64,000 nucleotides of DNA from Gammaproteobacteria bacterium (GCA_965243395.1 CBDEUS010000001.1:96001-160000), one strand, 5' to 3'; shown: positions 11,221-21,345, counted from the first letter of the stretch. Numbers and translations: made by a program. Notes: a model not told the origin generated them from the sequence alone.

Positions 11221-13473
11221 TTAAAAATATTCATCGTCACGCGCATCATAGCCACGAATGCCACGCTCTAGTAACTCACCAATTGGAGAGCCTATTTGGC
11301 CTAGGCCCTTAAGGACCAATTGGAGTTCAATACTATTATTATAATCCTCATCGGTATTCTGATTATAGCGCCGCCCAGCTAGGCGTATTTTCCAGCAGCA
11401 AGTTTCGTATTCGACACCTGCTAACAGCTCTAAGTTGCGTTTTTCTTGCAGATCATAGTTCCAGCGCGTGACCGCTCTCCAATGTTCATTGATAGGCATT
11501 ACCATCGAAATATCGGATTGTTCTAAGCTTTCGCGTAGGCCGCTTACAGAATCTATGGGTTCAATATCGCTTCTGCGGTAGCGATAAGCGGCATTGAAAA
11601 CAAACTTGTTTTCACTTTCATAATTAAAGCGAATGGAATTTCTTTCGGTATGCTCATCGTGAGTATCATAAAGCGCAGAAGCAATGGCTTCCCAACGGTC
11701 ACTAAATCCAATTTTTAATTCAGCGGCCACTTCAGACGAATCTTCGTCTTCGCGAACTTCGCCGGGAAGTGTGACTTTCCGATCTCTAAAGTAAAAAATA
11801 CGTCCTAGGCTGGCGCGGAATTTTTCATCACCGTTTTCAAGGTCAAGCAGACGTGTCGTTAAACCCACACTTAGACGATCTGCATCTCCGATACGGTCAC
11901 TGCCACTGAAGCGGTCATCACGAAACAATTGTTCAAAGCCAAACTCATATTCGGCCGTATCAAATATTGGTATGTCCTCTTGGTCACGAAAGGGAGTGTG
12001 CAAATAAAATAAACGCGGTTCTAGTGTTTGAATGTGTCCCGCTTTGTTTAATTTTTTTTCAAAAATCAGTCCTGCATCAAGGTGAGCACTTGGCAAACTA
12101 CGTGTGGGTTTATCGTCTAAATCATCTCTACGATTTAAGTCATACTCAGTATGAGTCAGGCGTGCTCCTGGACGTATAAAATAGGCAGCGGTTTCAAAGG
12201 GTCGTTCAAGTTCTATGCCTAAATGTAAACGATCGCCATCAATTTGATCGTCGTGTTCAAACTGTACCCATTCCGTTTCTGAATTGAAATCAAAACCACC
12301 AGGCAGGTTGTAATAATTACTATCAATTTTAAGTTGTGGAACGCGTTTAAAAGGTTCGTTTTCATTCGGCAAACTGTCATCTACTAATTGGAAACTCTGC
12401 GCACGCGCTAAGAAGCTCCAATGTTTAGTGTAATATTTTAAATCGCCACGGCGCTCGATAAATTGCGTACTGCTAAGACCTAGACCATCACCAAGATCTT
12501 CAAAATACTGTTCATCAGAAACTTTGTTGTATAAAAGATCAAGTTGTAAATTTGGTGAGAATTGGCTGATATGTTCAAAGCTTGCCAAATATCGGTCATC
12601 TTTGAATTCACTGTCATCTAAATATTCAAGCCCGAGTTGTCCAAAACTTTTATTGTTTAAATAACGAAAGTTTGATTTTAATTGCAAACCACGATCGGTT
12701 AACAGGCGCGGCGCTATTATCGCGTCTCGGTTAGGTGCAATATTCCAATACCAGGGTGTTTCAAGTTCAAAACCAGAATCATTTGAGTTACCAATAGTTG
12801 GCGTTAGAAATCCTGATTTGCGACGATCATCAATTGGAAACCTGATCCAAGGTGTGTAGAAAATAGGTACACCTTTAAACTTTACTTTTACATCACGACC
12901 AATTCCATCACCTGTGGTTTTATCTAACTCAACTTCGTCAGCAGTTAACTCCCATGAATCATCACCTTCTTCGCAAGTGGTGTAGCTTGTGTCTTCAAAA
13001 CGAACAAAGTCAGCAGAAGTTCGTTCTATTTTTTTAGCCTTACCACGTGCATGTAATGGTTTGTAAAAGTAGTTGGCGTCTTCGGCTTTTGCGTAGTCCG
13101 TATCTAGATTTAGTTCGGCTTTTTCACTGTTGATAACGAGTTGTTGATCTTCTGATCGAACGTTCCCAGTTGCGGTTACATTTTTATTTTGATCGTTGTA
13201 CTCAAGTTTATCCGCATCAATTTTTTGCGGGCCCCTTGTCATTTGCACAGTACCTTCTAATGTAGCTAGGCCGCTAGCATCGCGTTTAGCTTGATCTGCA
13301 GTAAACTCTGCTGGAGTATTGGGGTCTAATTCAATGACATTCTGGCTTGATTGAGTAATGGCGCCATCTCCACATAGTCCATAAGGGTTATCTTCAGCAT
13401 GGCTCCAATTAAAGGTCAGGCATACCAGCCCAAAAATGGCTACATACAGCTTGCTTAAGGCTTTATTCAACAC
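11221..13473 (-). CDS. lptD: LPS assembly protein LptD
   Basis: YTTC, RKSGFL, PWYWNIAPN, LEPRLFY and YETCCW; probable GTG start near 13473, just before the signal peptide. Confidence 0.95.
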   Translation of the reverse strand: MLNKALSKLYVAIFGLVCLTFNWSHAEDNPYGLCGDGAITQSSQNVIELDPNTPAEFTADQAKRDASGLATLEGTVQMTRGPQKIDADKLEYNDQNKNVTATGNVRSEDQQLVINSEKAELNLDTDYAKAEDANYFYKPLHARGKAKKIERTSADFVRFEDTSYTTCEEGDDSWELTADEVELDKTTGDGIGRDVKVKFKGVPIFYTPWIRFPIDDRRKSGFLTPTIGNSNDSGFELETPWYWNIAPNRDAIIAPRLLTDRGLQLKSNFRYLNNKSFGQLGLEYLDDSEFKDDRYLASFEHISQFSPNLQLDLLYNKVSDEQYFEDLGDGLGLSSTQFIERRGDLKYYTKHWSFLARAQSFQLVDDSLPNENEPFKRVPQLKIDSNYYNLPGGFDFNSETEWVQFEHDDQIDGDRLHLGIELERPFETAAYFIRPGARLTHTEYDLNRRDDLDDKPTRSLPSAHLDAGLIFEKKLNKAGHIQTLEPRLFYLHTPFRDQEDIPIFDTAEYEFGFEQLFRDDRFSGSDRIGDADRLSVGLTTRLLDLENGDEKFRASLGRIFYFRDRKVTLPGEVREDEDSSEVAAELKIGFSDRWEAIASALYDTHDEHTERNSIRFNYESENKFVFNAAYRYRRSDIEPIDSVSGLRESLEQSDISMVMPINEHWRAVTRWNYDLQEKRNLELLAGVEYETCCWKIRLAGRRYNQNTDEDYNNSIELQLVLKGLGQIGSPIGELLERGIRGYDARDDEYF

Positions 13474-13567
13474 GGAATATAGTAGAGTAGGGTTAAATAG
13501 AATCAGAATATTTTTATTATTAATGCCTAAAGGCCCAGATATTGTAACAGTTTTAAGGTGATCAGCA

Positions 13568-14764
13568 TTGGTCGAATCTAAAAAGCATACCAGCAAATCC
13601 AGCAAGTTATCCCAGCAGCTATGGGGCAGTATGGTTGCCATTGTTGTTGCTGCGCTTATCGTGATGGTTTTGGTAGTCACTGATAAAGGCCCAGAAGCCA
13701 AGCTTGAGGAGTTGCCACCGCTTAAGGTTGTACTACTGGAAGTAGAGCGTCATGACGTATCACCCACCGAAGCATTAACAGGTCGTTTACAACCCGTAAA
13801 AACTGCGCAACTAAAATTTGAAGTGCAGGGTAGAGTCGAACAACGTTTGCTTGAACCTGGAGTATTTGTCGAACAAGGGCATGAAATTCTCAAACTTGAT
13901 GCACAAGATCTTGAAGATCAATTTACTCAAACACAATCTCAATATGATATTGAACAGGCAGGCATACAACGTGATCAACGTATGCTTAAACTAGCTCAAC
14001 AGAATTTAGAATTACAAAAAGCTGAAGTAAAACGTTATGAAAAATTAAATAACGATTCTCTAATTTCAGCATCACAACTCGATGCTGCGCGACAACAAAT
14101 GTTAAATTTAGATTCTCAAGTATCCGACTTGCAATATAAAGTAACCACAGCAAAGGCAAGATTATCTTTAAAACAATCTGAAAGGGATGTTGCTAAACGA
14201 AATTTACAACGTGCTACTTTGGTCGCGCCATTTTCTGGTTACATAAATGAAATAAGTACTGAAGTGGGAGATTTTGTTACTGCAACTCAAATTGTGGCGA
14301 CAATTGTTGATACAAGCTTACTTGATTTACATCTTGATGTACGTGGAGAAGTTCTGGCAGCATTAGAGTTACATCAAGAAATTGATGTAAAAGTGGGCGC
14401 AATAAAAATTATTGGAAAGTTAGTTGCCATGCAGCCTGACCCTAATCTTTCAACAAATACACACGCAATTAGAATTCGAGTACCGGGTGAAAAAGTTCAA
14501 TCAGGGATGCTGGCAAATGCAGAATTACCTTTGAGTAAACAAATGAATGTAATTACTGTGCCGGTTTCAGCAGTTTCCACAAATGCAGGTGAGAATTTTG
14601 TGTATAGATATGAAAATGGAACGTTAAAAAAACTTCCAGTCATATTAAATAACAGAGTAGGTAGTGAATATATTCTTACTGCTGGCGTTGAAGCGGGCGC
14701 AGCTATTGTTGCACGTGATGTAGCTGGGTTGAAAGACGGTCAGCGAGTGATCGCAAACTTTTGA
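13568..14764 (+). CDS. RND efflux membrane fusion (adaptor) protein
   Basis: N-terminal TM segment, lipoyl-like halves, coiled-coil hairpin and APFSG motif. Confidence 0.9.
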   Translation: MVESKKHTSKSSKLSQQLWGSMVAIVVAALIVMVLVVTDKGPEAKLEELPPLKVVLLEVERHDVSPTEALTGRLQPVKTAQLKFEVQGRVEQRLLEPGVFVEQGHEILKLDAQDLEDQFTQTQSQYDIEQAGIQRDQRMLKLAQQNLELQKAEVKRYEKLNNDSLISASQLDAARQQMLNLDSQVSDLQYKVTTAKARLSLKQSERDVAKRNLQRATLVAPFSGYINEISTEVGDFVTATQIVATIVDTSLLDLHLDVRGEVLAALELHQEIDVKVGAIKIIGKLVAMQPDPNLSTNTHAIRIRVPGEKVQSGMLANAELPLSKQMNVITVPVSAVSTNAGENFVYRYENGTLKKLPVILNNRVGSEYILTAGVEAGAAIVARDVAGLKDGQRVIANF

Positions 14765-14811
14765 AACCAATTTATTAGACAAGTATCCAAAATAGAATAG
14801 CTTAGCCGTAT

Positions 14812-15153
14812 TCAATCCATGCCCACTCCTTTTTTAAGCACCTTAACGCAGTAGGTGTTGAGGCTTTCGCTGACTTTTAATGATTCAACCGTGAGTTGTT
14901 CGTGTAGATTTTCACCAACGCGGATATTAAAGCGACCAGAGTATTTTTTACCGGTTGTTTTGGGTGGAAGTACAATATTTTCGTTCTCGTGAATTTTAAT
15001 CCACTCATTAACTAGCGCGCCCAACTTTTCATACACTTTAGTTTCATTCTTTCCGTGAACGCCTCCCAGTGCTAGACCGGGTAAACGGCCTATGTAGCAT
15101 TCATCCTGTTCTGACCACTCTACAATTTTCATATACCGTTTTCGTTTATTCAT
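14812..15153 (-). CDS. hicB: HicB-family antitoxin
   Basis: VEWSEQDECYIGRLPGL...GVHG N-domain; C-terminal RHH-like YSGRFNIRV...LH...SLN. Confidence 0.85.
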   Translation of the reverse strand: MNKRKRYMKIVEWSEQDECYIGRLPGLALGGVHGKNETKVYEKLGALVNEWIKIHENENIVLPPKTTGKKYSGRFNIRVGENLHEQLTVESLKVSESLNTYCVKVLKKGVGMD

Positions 15154-15343
15154 GGCTAATGAGCTCTATAGCTCGCATTACATCTTTGATCTGGTACTGC
15201 TTTGCTACTTGGTTATTGTTCCCGCTGATAGTGATATTAATGCCACTCGGGTGTTGGTAATTTCTGTGCCCGGATTTTGCGTATTTATTTACAAAATTTA
15301 CGGATTCCAAGTCTCTAATTAACGTAATAATTTTTGTTGGCAT
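15146..15343 (-). CDS. hicA: HicA-family toxin (mRNA interferase)
   Basis: 65-aa ORF overlapping hicB; KSGHRNYQHP and AKQYQIK resemble HicA motifs. Confidence 0.8.
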   Translation of the reverse strand: MPTKIITLIRDLESVNFVNKYAKSGHRNYQHPSGINITISGNNNQVAKQYQIKDVMRAIELISHE

Positions 15344-15346
15344 TTC

Positions 15347-15373
15347 AATATGGTACCATTATGGTACCATATT
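15347..15373. promoter_or_regulatory. perfect 27-bp palindrome, probable HicB operator
   Basis: AATATGGTACCAT-T-ATGGTACCATATT, beginning 4 nt upstream of the hicA start. Confidence 0.75.
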
Positions 15374-15398
15374 TCAAGCTTATCTTATTACTAATAAG

Positions 15399-15872
15399 AT
15401 GAGGTCAGTTTGGGAATCAATGAATGAGCTGAATATAGTTACAAGTGTAAATATTTCAGATGAAACTGTACCGAAAATAACATTCGATTCTGCACGCAAC
15501 AATTGGCAACATTTCCAGCAGAAAGTTATGGGGAACTCTATGCAGTTGGAGCAATACTTAGTATTTTCAAAAGAATTGCGACAGTATCAACGCGAGATTA
15601 AAGACAGCTTAAAGCTATATCAGCTTTCTCATATCGATTTTGAAGTGTTGCATTATTTATATGTTGGTTTAACACAACCCGGGTTTATTGCGAGTGAAGC
15701 CGATCTTAATAAGCCTCAGGTTACTCGTTCAATGCGGTGTTTAGAGAAATTAAATCTAATGGAATATGATTTAGTTGAACATGATCGTCGAGTAAGAGTT
15801 GTAAAAATCACAAATAAAGGTAAGCGTTTATATACACAACTTGTGCAATCAATAAAAAGAATAAATTTATAA
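15399..15872 (+). CDS. MarR-family transcriptional regulator
   Basis: Winged-helix C-terminus PQVTRSMRCLEK...DRRVRVVKITNKGK; true start may lie further downstream. Confidence 0.8.
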   Translation: MRSVWESMNELNIVTSVNISDETVPKITFDSARNNWQHFQQKVMGNSMQLEQYLVFSKELRQYQREIKDSLKLYQLSHIDFEVLHYLYVGLTQPGFIASEADLNKPQVTRSMRCLEKLNLMEYDLVEHDRRVRVVKITNKGKRLYTQLVQSIKRINL

Positions 15873-15953
15873 AATACTTTTGTGAGCGTTAAAGATGTTA
15901 TTTAGATGCTTTACTTAAAACATTACGGTTAACAGTTATAGGTTTATTAAATT

Positions 15954-16181
15954 ATGAGTACAAAAGGAAGTGAAATTAAAAATCTAAACAGTGAAGATAG
16001 CGCAATACTGAATAGAGAAGGTTGGTTTCTTCTTACATATTACCAAACAAAAGATAATCCATCGGGGTCTCGAGCACATAAATTAGCAATAGATAAAGCC
16101 ATGTCTGTGGATCGAAAAGCTGGGCTTCGCATCCATAAAAAAGGTGAATATACTGTTTTTGAAGTTTGGGAACACTGGTAA
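15954..16181 (+). CDS. hypothetical protein
   Basis: 75-aa ATG-initiated ORF in an otherwise empty interval. Confidence 0.5.
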   Translation: MSTKGSEIKNLNSEDSAILNREGWFLLTYYQTKDNPSGSRAHKLAIDKAMSVDRKAGLRIHKKGEYTVFEVWEHW

Positions 16182-16427
16182 GTAACTTTTGTTCCTAAAA
16201 AAGGGCCTGCCTTCTATCGTATAAAAATAAGCTAGTCAGTATTAACCGAATACTCGCTTATCAAGCCACTCTATTTTATCTGACATTTGCGATTTCGTAT
16301 CTTGATCGCATGTACTTATTAAGCATTTCAAAATTCGGATAACTTTTTGCTTGGGGTTGCGTTAAACTAAAATCATTATTACTTGTCTGTATCTATTTGG
16401 GGGCTTTTTGAAACTGAATATTCGATT

Positions 16428-19400
16428 ATGGGCATTATAAATTTTTCAATTAAGAATCCGTTAGTCGTAAATCTTTTCCTAGTTCTCATTATTGTCTTAG
16501 GGGTAATTTCTTGGCGCAGTATGCCGCAGGAAATGTTCCCGGTAGTAGATATTGATCAGGTTCGTATTAATACTGAATTCGAGGGTGCGCCACCGGAAGA
16601 AGTTGAATCCCAAATTACTATTCCGATTGAAGAAGAGTTAGATGGCCTTGCTGATATTGATGTGATTACCTCCGAAAGCAATGAAGGCATTTCCAAAATT
16701 ATTATCAAGCTAAAGCCAGACGCAGATGTGGATGAATTTGTGCGTGATTTGAGATCTACGGTGGACGCAATTACTGATTTGCCCGATGAATCTGAAAGAT
16801 CTGATATCACGCGTTTGAAAACGCGTTTCCCTGTTATCAGTATGAGTGTTTACGGGGACGCTTCAATGGGCACATTAGTAGAAGCGGCTAAAGATATTAA
16901 AAGCCGTTTACAACAAATTGATGGTGTAGCCAGTGTAAGTATTGCTGGAGAACGTGAATGGGAACTTTGGATCGAAGTAGATCCATTTGCAATGTCCGCA
17001 CGTAAGGTTTCTTTATCTGTCGTGATATCCGCATTACAAAATAATCTTCGTGATCTTCCTGGTGGGTCGTTGAAAGCATCTGAGGGAGATATTTTATTGC
17101 GTGGCAAGGGTGCCGCACCAAATATAGAGGCGACTAAAAGAATTGTATTGCGTAGTGATAATAATGGCGGGCAATTAGTCTTAGATGAAGTAGCCGATGT
17201 ACAGCTCAGATTGGAAGAAACAAAAACATTAGGGCGGTTTAATAATAAACCATCAGTAAATTTAACCGTTACCAAAACAGCAAAAGCATCTACTATTGAA
17301 GTTTCAAACTTAGTAAGAGAACTTGCGTCAGAGTTACAAGAAGAGCTACCTAAAAATATACAGGTTGGATTATTTAGTGATTTATCGATTTATGTCAAAA
17401 CCCGTTTAGAAACTTTGAAGTCTTCTGGAGCAGTAGGTTTGTTCCTAGTTCTCTTGTCACTTTATTTATTCTTAAATTTTAGAGTGGCAGCCATTACAGC
17501 GTTAGGCATCCCAGTCTCTTTCTTAGTTGCTGTAATCATCATTAATTATCTTGGTTACACCATAAATATGGTTTCCATGTTTGCGTTTTTAATCGCGCTG
17601 GGAATGATTGTTGATGATGCCATTATTGTTACGGAAAATACGTATCGCCATATGGAAGAGGGCATGCAACCCATTCCAGCTGCGAAAGCGGGAGCGGGAG
17701 AAGTATTTTGGCCCGTAATGGCCTCAACCTGTACAACCATCGCAGCTTTTCTACCGATGTTTGGTGTATCAGGCACCTTGGGTTTATTCATTCAGGTAAT
17801 CCCCGTTGTAGTGACTGCTGCGTTGTTGGGTTCTCTTCTTGAAGCGTTTATCGTTTTACCATCTCATTCTGCTGAATTGTTGCGTGTTGCGAAACACAAA
17901 AAACGCAACAGAATAAATTGGCAAAAATGGCTTGATAAATATGTAACAGTGGTGAAATACGCGTTACAAAATCGATATTTTGTATCTGCTGTTACGGTAG
18001 GAGTGTTAAGCGTTGTTCTAGTATATTCAAAAATTCATATGCCATATAACCAATTTGGTGATGTAGAAATTGGTCAGTTTCTTGTCAATATTGAAGCACC
18101 TAATACTTACAGTACTGAAGATACTACTCAACTTGCCATTCAAATCGAAGATAAAATGAATGCAGTATTTCAAGAAAATGAATTAGATACTCTATTAACA
18201 AATGTTGGTGTGATCTTAATTGATTTTAATCGCCTGAAGTTGGGAAGTAATTACATTCAGTTTGTAGTCGATCTGAAAAAACCAAAACCGAAAGGATTTA
18301 TAGAGCGTTTTGTAAGTCCAATAGTGAATTTAAAATTTTCATCCACTGGGGTGCGTGAACGAAGTACAGAAGTTATTTTAGATGAAGTACGAGAAAGTGT
18401 TGCGACCATTCCAGGGATACAGCGCTTTTCTATATTGCGTCCTCAAGGTGGACCAGCAGGATCCGATATTGAAGTTGGTATAGTTGGCAAAGAAACTGAA
18501 AAACTTTTAGCTTTATCTGGTGAAGTTGTGACATTTTTGCGACGAGTTCCAGGCGTAAAAGATGTAAGACAAGACTTAGAGCCAGGAAAACTTGAATATC
18601 AGTACACAGTCAATTCACGTGGTCGTGAGTTAGGTTTAACTCAAGCTCAGATTGCTGACGCTGTGCGCACAGGCTATTTAGGCTTAGAAGTAATGCAAGT
18701 GAATTGGGAAGCTGATCGCTATCCTGTAAGAGTGATATATCCAGATACTATTCGTGAAGATGGTGCAGGATTAAAACGTTTGCCCATTACATTGGAGGAT
18801 GGTGGAACCGTTTATCTAGGCGAAGTTGCAGATATTGAGTTGGGCAGAGGCTTGGGTGTTGTACAAAGAAGAAATTCACAACGATTATCATTGATAACGG
18901 CAGAAGTAGATAAAGAAGCCATTACACCTTTAGAAGTAACGGAACTGCTAGCAGAAGAATTTAAGACTTTAAGCGATGATCATTATGGGTACTCATTGTT
19001 ATTTTTAGGCGAAAAGAAAGAAGCACAAGATTCCTTTAATGATATTGGAAATATGCTGATTGTTGCGCTGGCTATAATCTTTTTTATTCTAGCCGCATTG
19101 TTTAAATCATTGTTGGATCCATTTGTAATTATGTTTGCCATTCCGTTTGCTATCGTTGGAGTAATTGTTGGGCATATGTTATTTGGATATAACCTACAGT
19201 TTTTGTCTATGATTGGTTTCCTAGCCCTTACAGGGATAGTGGTGAACGATTCATTAATATTTATCGATTTCGCTAAAAAGCGAATTGCTGCAGGCGCAAG
19301 TTGTTTTGATGCTTTAGTAGATGCAGGACGCGTACGCATTCGGCCTATTCTTTTAACCACTGTAACTACGTTCTTAGGCATATCGCCTTTAATCTTTTTT

Positions 19401-19571
19401 GCCAGTGGTCAAACTGCTTTCTTGTCGCCCATGGCTGTGAGTTTAGGGTTTGGTCTTATATTCGCAACCATATTGATATTAATAGTACTACCGTGCTTTT
19501 ACATGATTGCAGATGACTTAAGAAATTATACTTATGCAAGGTTTAACAAAATGAAAACTATTCATGCATGA
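16428..19571 (+). CDS. RND efflux transporter permease (AcrB/AcrD/AcrF family)
   Basis: GMIVDDAIIVTEN, GIVVNDSLI and RIRPILLTT; about 1050 aa; ATG at 16428. Confidence 0.95.
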   Translation: MGIINFSIKNPLVVNLFLVLIIVLGVISWRSMPQEMFPVVDIDQVRINTEFEGAPPEEVESQITIPIEEELDGLADIDVITSESNEGISKIIIKLKPDADVDEFVRDLRSTVDAITDLPDESERSDITRLKTRFPVISMSVYGDASMGTLVEAAKDIKSRLQQIDGVASVSIAGEREWELWIEVDPFAMSARKVSLSVVISALQNNLRDLPGGSLKASEGDILLRGKGAAPNIEATKRIVLRSDNNGGQLVLDEVADVQLRLEETKTLGRFNNKPSVNLTVTKTAKASTIEVSNLVRELASELQEELPKNIQVGLFSDLSIYVKTRLETLKSSGAVGLFLVLLSLYLFLNFRVAAITALGIPVSFLVAVIIINYLGYTINMVSMFAFLIALGMIVDDAIIVTENTYRHMEEGMQPIPAAKAGAGEVFWPVMASTCTTIAAFLPMFGVSGTLGLFIQVIPVVVTAALLGSLLEAFIVLPSHSAELLRVAKHKKRNRINWQKWLDKYVTVVKYALQNRYFVSAVTVGVLSVVLVYSKIHMPYNQFGDVEIGQFLVNIEAPNTYSTEDTTQLAIQIEDKMNAVFQENELDTLLTNVGVILIDFNRLKLGSNYIQFVVDLKKPKPKGFIERFVSPIVNLKFSSTGVRERSTEVILDEVRESVATIPGIQRFSILRPQGGPAGSDIEVGIVGKETEKLLALSGEVVTFLRRVPGVKDVRQDLEPGKLEYQYTVNSRGRELGLTQAQIADAVRTGYLGLEVMQVNWEADRYPVRVIYPDTIREDGAGLKRLPITLEDGGTVYLGEVADIELGRGLGVVQRRNSQRLSLITAEVDKEAITPLEVTELLAEEFKTLSDDHYGYSLLFLGEKKEAQDSFNDIGNMLIVALAIIFFILAALFKSLLDPFVIMFAIPFAIVGVIVGHMLFGYNLQFLSMIGFLALTGIVVNDSLIFIDFAKKRIAAGASCFDALVDAGRVRIRPILLTTVTTFLGISPLIFFASGQTAFLSPMAVSLGFGLIFATILILIVLPCFYMIADDLRNYTYARFNKMKTIHA

Positions 19572-19685
19572 ATGTTGTGTGATCGAGAGTAATTTGTATC
19601 TATATAAATTTGTTGCAGTACATTCTTATCTATTTATCTTATAAATTAATACCTCTATTTAAGCTTCACTTATTTTTAATAAATT

Positions 19686-19988
19686 TTGCTTCCATCAAAA
19701 AAAGAAATTTTAGAATCTAACCCTCCATTCCTAATGGAACATCCAGCAGGTGACTGGTCTTTAATAAAAAAAATATCAAAAGTTAATGAGGGTCTTAATT
19801 TCACTGTTTTATACATGAATGAAAATACATTCTTGCAACGCGATATCTTAATTGATGTACCACCATTTTATGTCGGTGCTGATGTGTGGGAACTCGATCA
19901 TGGAACGGTATTGATGACATTGGAGCATCCAACCCTTAGTGAACATCCTGCAAAAACTATGTGGGAAAAGTGGAAGCATAGTCGTTAG
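19686..19988 (+). CDS. hypothetical protein
   Basis: 100-aa ORF; no family recognised; start uncertain. Confidence 0.5.
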   Translation: MLPSKKEILESNPPFLMEHPAGDWSLIKKISKVNEGLNFTVLYMNENTFLQRDILIDVPPFYVGADVWELDHGTVLMTLEHPTLSEHPAKTMWEKWKHSR

Positions 19989-20039
19989 CAGTTAATCGCA
20001 TTAATCAAAAAATTTATAAATAAAAATCTGGAACTAAGT

Positions 20040-20645
20040 ATGAAAACCATTGAAGCTATATATAAACGTCGTGCAGTAAAGCATTTTGATAAAGATCATA
20101 AACTGACAAAAGAAGAGGAAACTCAGTTGTTTGAAGCTACTATCCAGGCACCTACTAGTTTTAATATTCAGCACTGGCGTTTTGTAATACTTCGCGATTC
20201 GCAATTACGTGATCGTATTCGCACTGAGTTTGGTAATGATCAATCACAAATGACGGATGCCTCGTTGCTTGTGTTATTTACTGCGGATGTGAACGCATGG
20301 AAAAAGAGTCCTGAACGCTATTGGAAGAATGCGCCCAAGGAAGTTGCAGAATTATTAGTTAACTGGATGGGACCTTTTCACGAAGGCAAGGACTGGTTGC
20401 AGCGAGATGAGGCACAACGCTCGATAGGTATGGCGATGCAAACCCTCATGCTTGCAGCACAAGAACTGGGTTATCAATCTTGTCCGATGATTGGGTTTGA
20501 CCATGAAAAGGTCGCGGAATTAATCAACTTACCTAAAGATTATGTAATAGGTCCGATGGTAGCGATTGGTAAAGGAATTAAAGAACCATGGCCGAAACCA
20601 GGACAGATTCCTTTAGACGAGCTTGTTGTAGAAAATTCATTTTAA
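20040..20645 (+). CDS. nitroreductase family protein
   Basis: RRAVKHF, APTSFNIQHWRFV and GYQSCPMIGFD. Confidence 0.92.
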   Translation: MKTIEAIYKRRAVKHFDKDHKLTKEEETQLFEATIQAPTSFNIQHWRFVILRDSQLRDRIRTEFGNDQSQMTDASLLVLFTADVNAWKKSPERYWKNAPKEVAELLVNWMGPFHEGKDWLQRDEAQRSIGMAMQTLMLAAQELGYQSCPMIGFDHEKVAELINLPKDYVIGPMVAIGKGIKEPWPKPGQIPLDELVVENSF

Positions 20646-20652
20646 AACATTG

Positions 20653-20682
20653 AATATCTACTATCGACCCATTGCGGATATT
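20653..20682 (+). repeat. 30-nt hairpin repeat, copy 1
   Basis: AATATCTAC TATCGACCCATT GCGGATATT. Confidence 0.8.
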
Positions 20683-20704
20683 AAGAAATGTAGGAATTTA
20701 TATA

Positions 20705-21100
20705 ATGGAACAAATTAAAAAAATTAATCATGTGGGTATACGGGTAAGAGATTTGGAAAAATCCCGTGCCTTTTATGAACAGCTTGGGTTTAAGTTCATT
20801 ATCGGTCCAATTGGCCCTGAACCAGTGGCCATTATGGAACATCCGTCTGGAGTTAATATAAATTTTATAATCAATGCTTCTGAAAATGCATCAGAGAAAA
20901 ATATTCTTATGGATGTGTCTGAACGACACACTGGTTACACACACATGGCATTGGAAATCACCGATCGAAATTCTGTATTACAACAGTTGAGTGATTTAAA
21001 TATCCCGATTACAGAGACAGTGGAATTAGAAGATGGAACAGTCTTTTTCTTTATTCGTGACCCGGATGGAAATGTGATTGAGTTTCATGATCCTGCTTAA
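20705..21100 (+). CDS. VOC/glyoxalase family protein
   Basis: INHVGIRVRDLEKSRAFY, THMALEI and FIRDPDGNVIEF; ATG at 20705 follows an AGGA RBS. Confidence 0.92.
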   Translation: MEQIKKINHVGIRVRDLEKSRAFYEQLGFKFIIGPIGPEPVAIMEHPSGVNINFIINASENASEKNILMDVSERHTGYTHMALEITDRNSVLQQLSDLNIPITETVELEDGTVFFFIRDPDGNVIEFHDPA

Positions 21101-21130
21101 TTATGATCCTTTCGACCCAAAGCGGACATT
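21101..21130 (+). repeat. 30-nt hairpin repeat, copy 2 (left arm degenerate)
   Basis: TTATGATCC TTTCGACCCAAA GCGGACATT. Confidence 0.8.
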
Positions 21131-21136
21131 GAAAGC

Positions 21137-21313
21137 ATGAATAACTTTATACATTTTCCGTCTTTCATCATTGCAATTTTAGTTGCTAGCGGAATTGCAT
21201 TTGCTGTTAGTTATTTTACCGGTCTTTCATTTGTAATTTGCCTACTTATCGTAATAGCGGCCATTTTCCTAAATGGAATCATTATTGCTTTTACAGAAGG
21301 CAAGAATAACTAA
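21137..21313 (+). CDS. small two-TM membrane protein (58 aa, not in ORF track)
   Basis: MNNFIHFPSFIIAILVASGIAFAVSYFTGLSFVICLLIVIAAIFLNGIIIAFTEGKNN; fills the space between repeat copies 2 and 3. Confidence 0.75.
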   Translation: MNNFIHFPSFIIAILVASGIAFAVSYFTGLSFVICLLIVIAAIFLNGIIIAFTEGKNN

Positions 21314-21315
21314 CT

Positions 21316-21345
21316 AATGTCCGGTATCGACCCAAAGCGGACATT
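21316..21345 (+). repeat. 30-nt hairpin repeat, copy 3
   Basis: AATGTCCGG TATCGACCCAAA GCGGACATT; 8-bp perfect stem. Confidence 0.9.

Noticed and set aside
13474-13701. Apparent head-to-head overlap of lptD and the RND adaptor
   Set aside because: Artefact of longest-ORF calling; the LptD signal peptide begins near 13473
19571-19600. AATGTTGTGTGATCGAGAGTAATT after the RND stop as a further repeat copy
   Set aside because: Only AATGT and part of the loop match; there is no right arm
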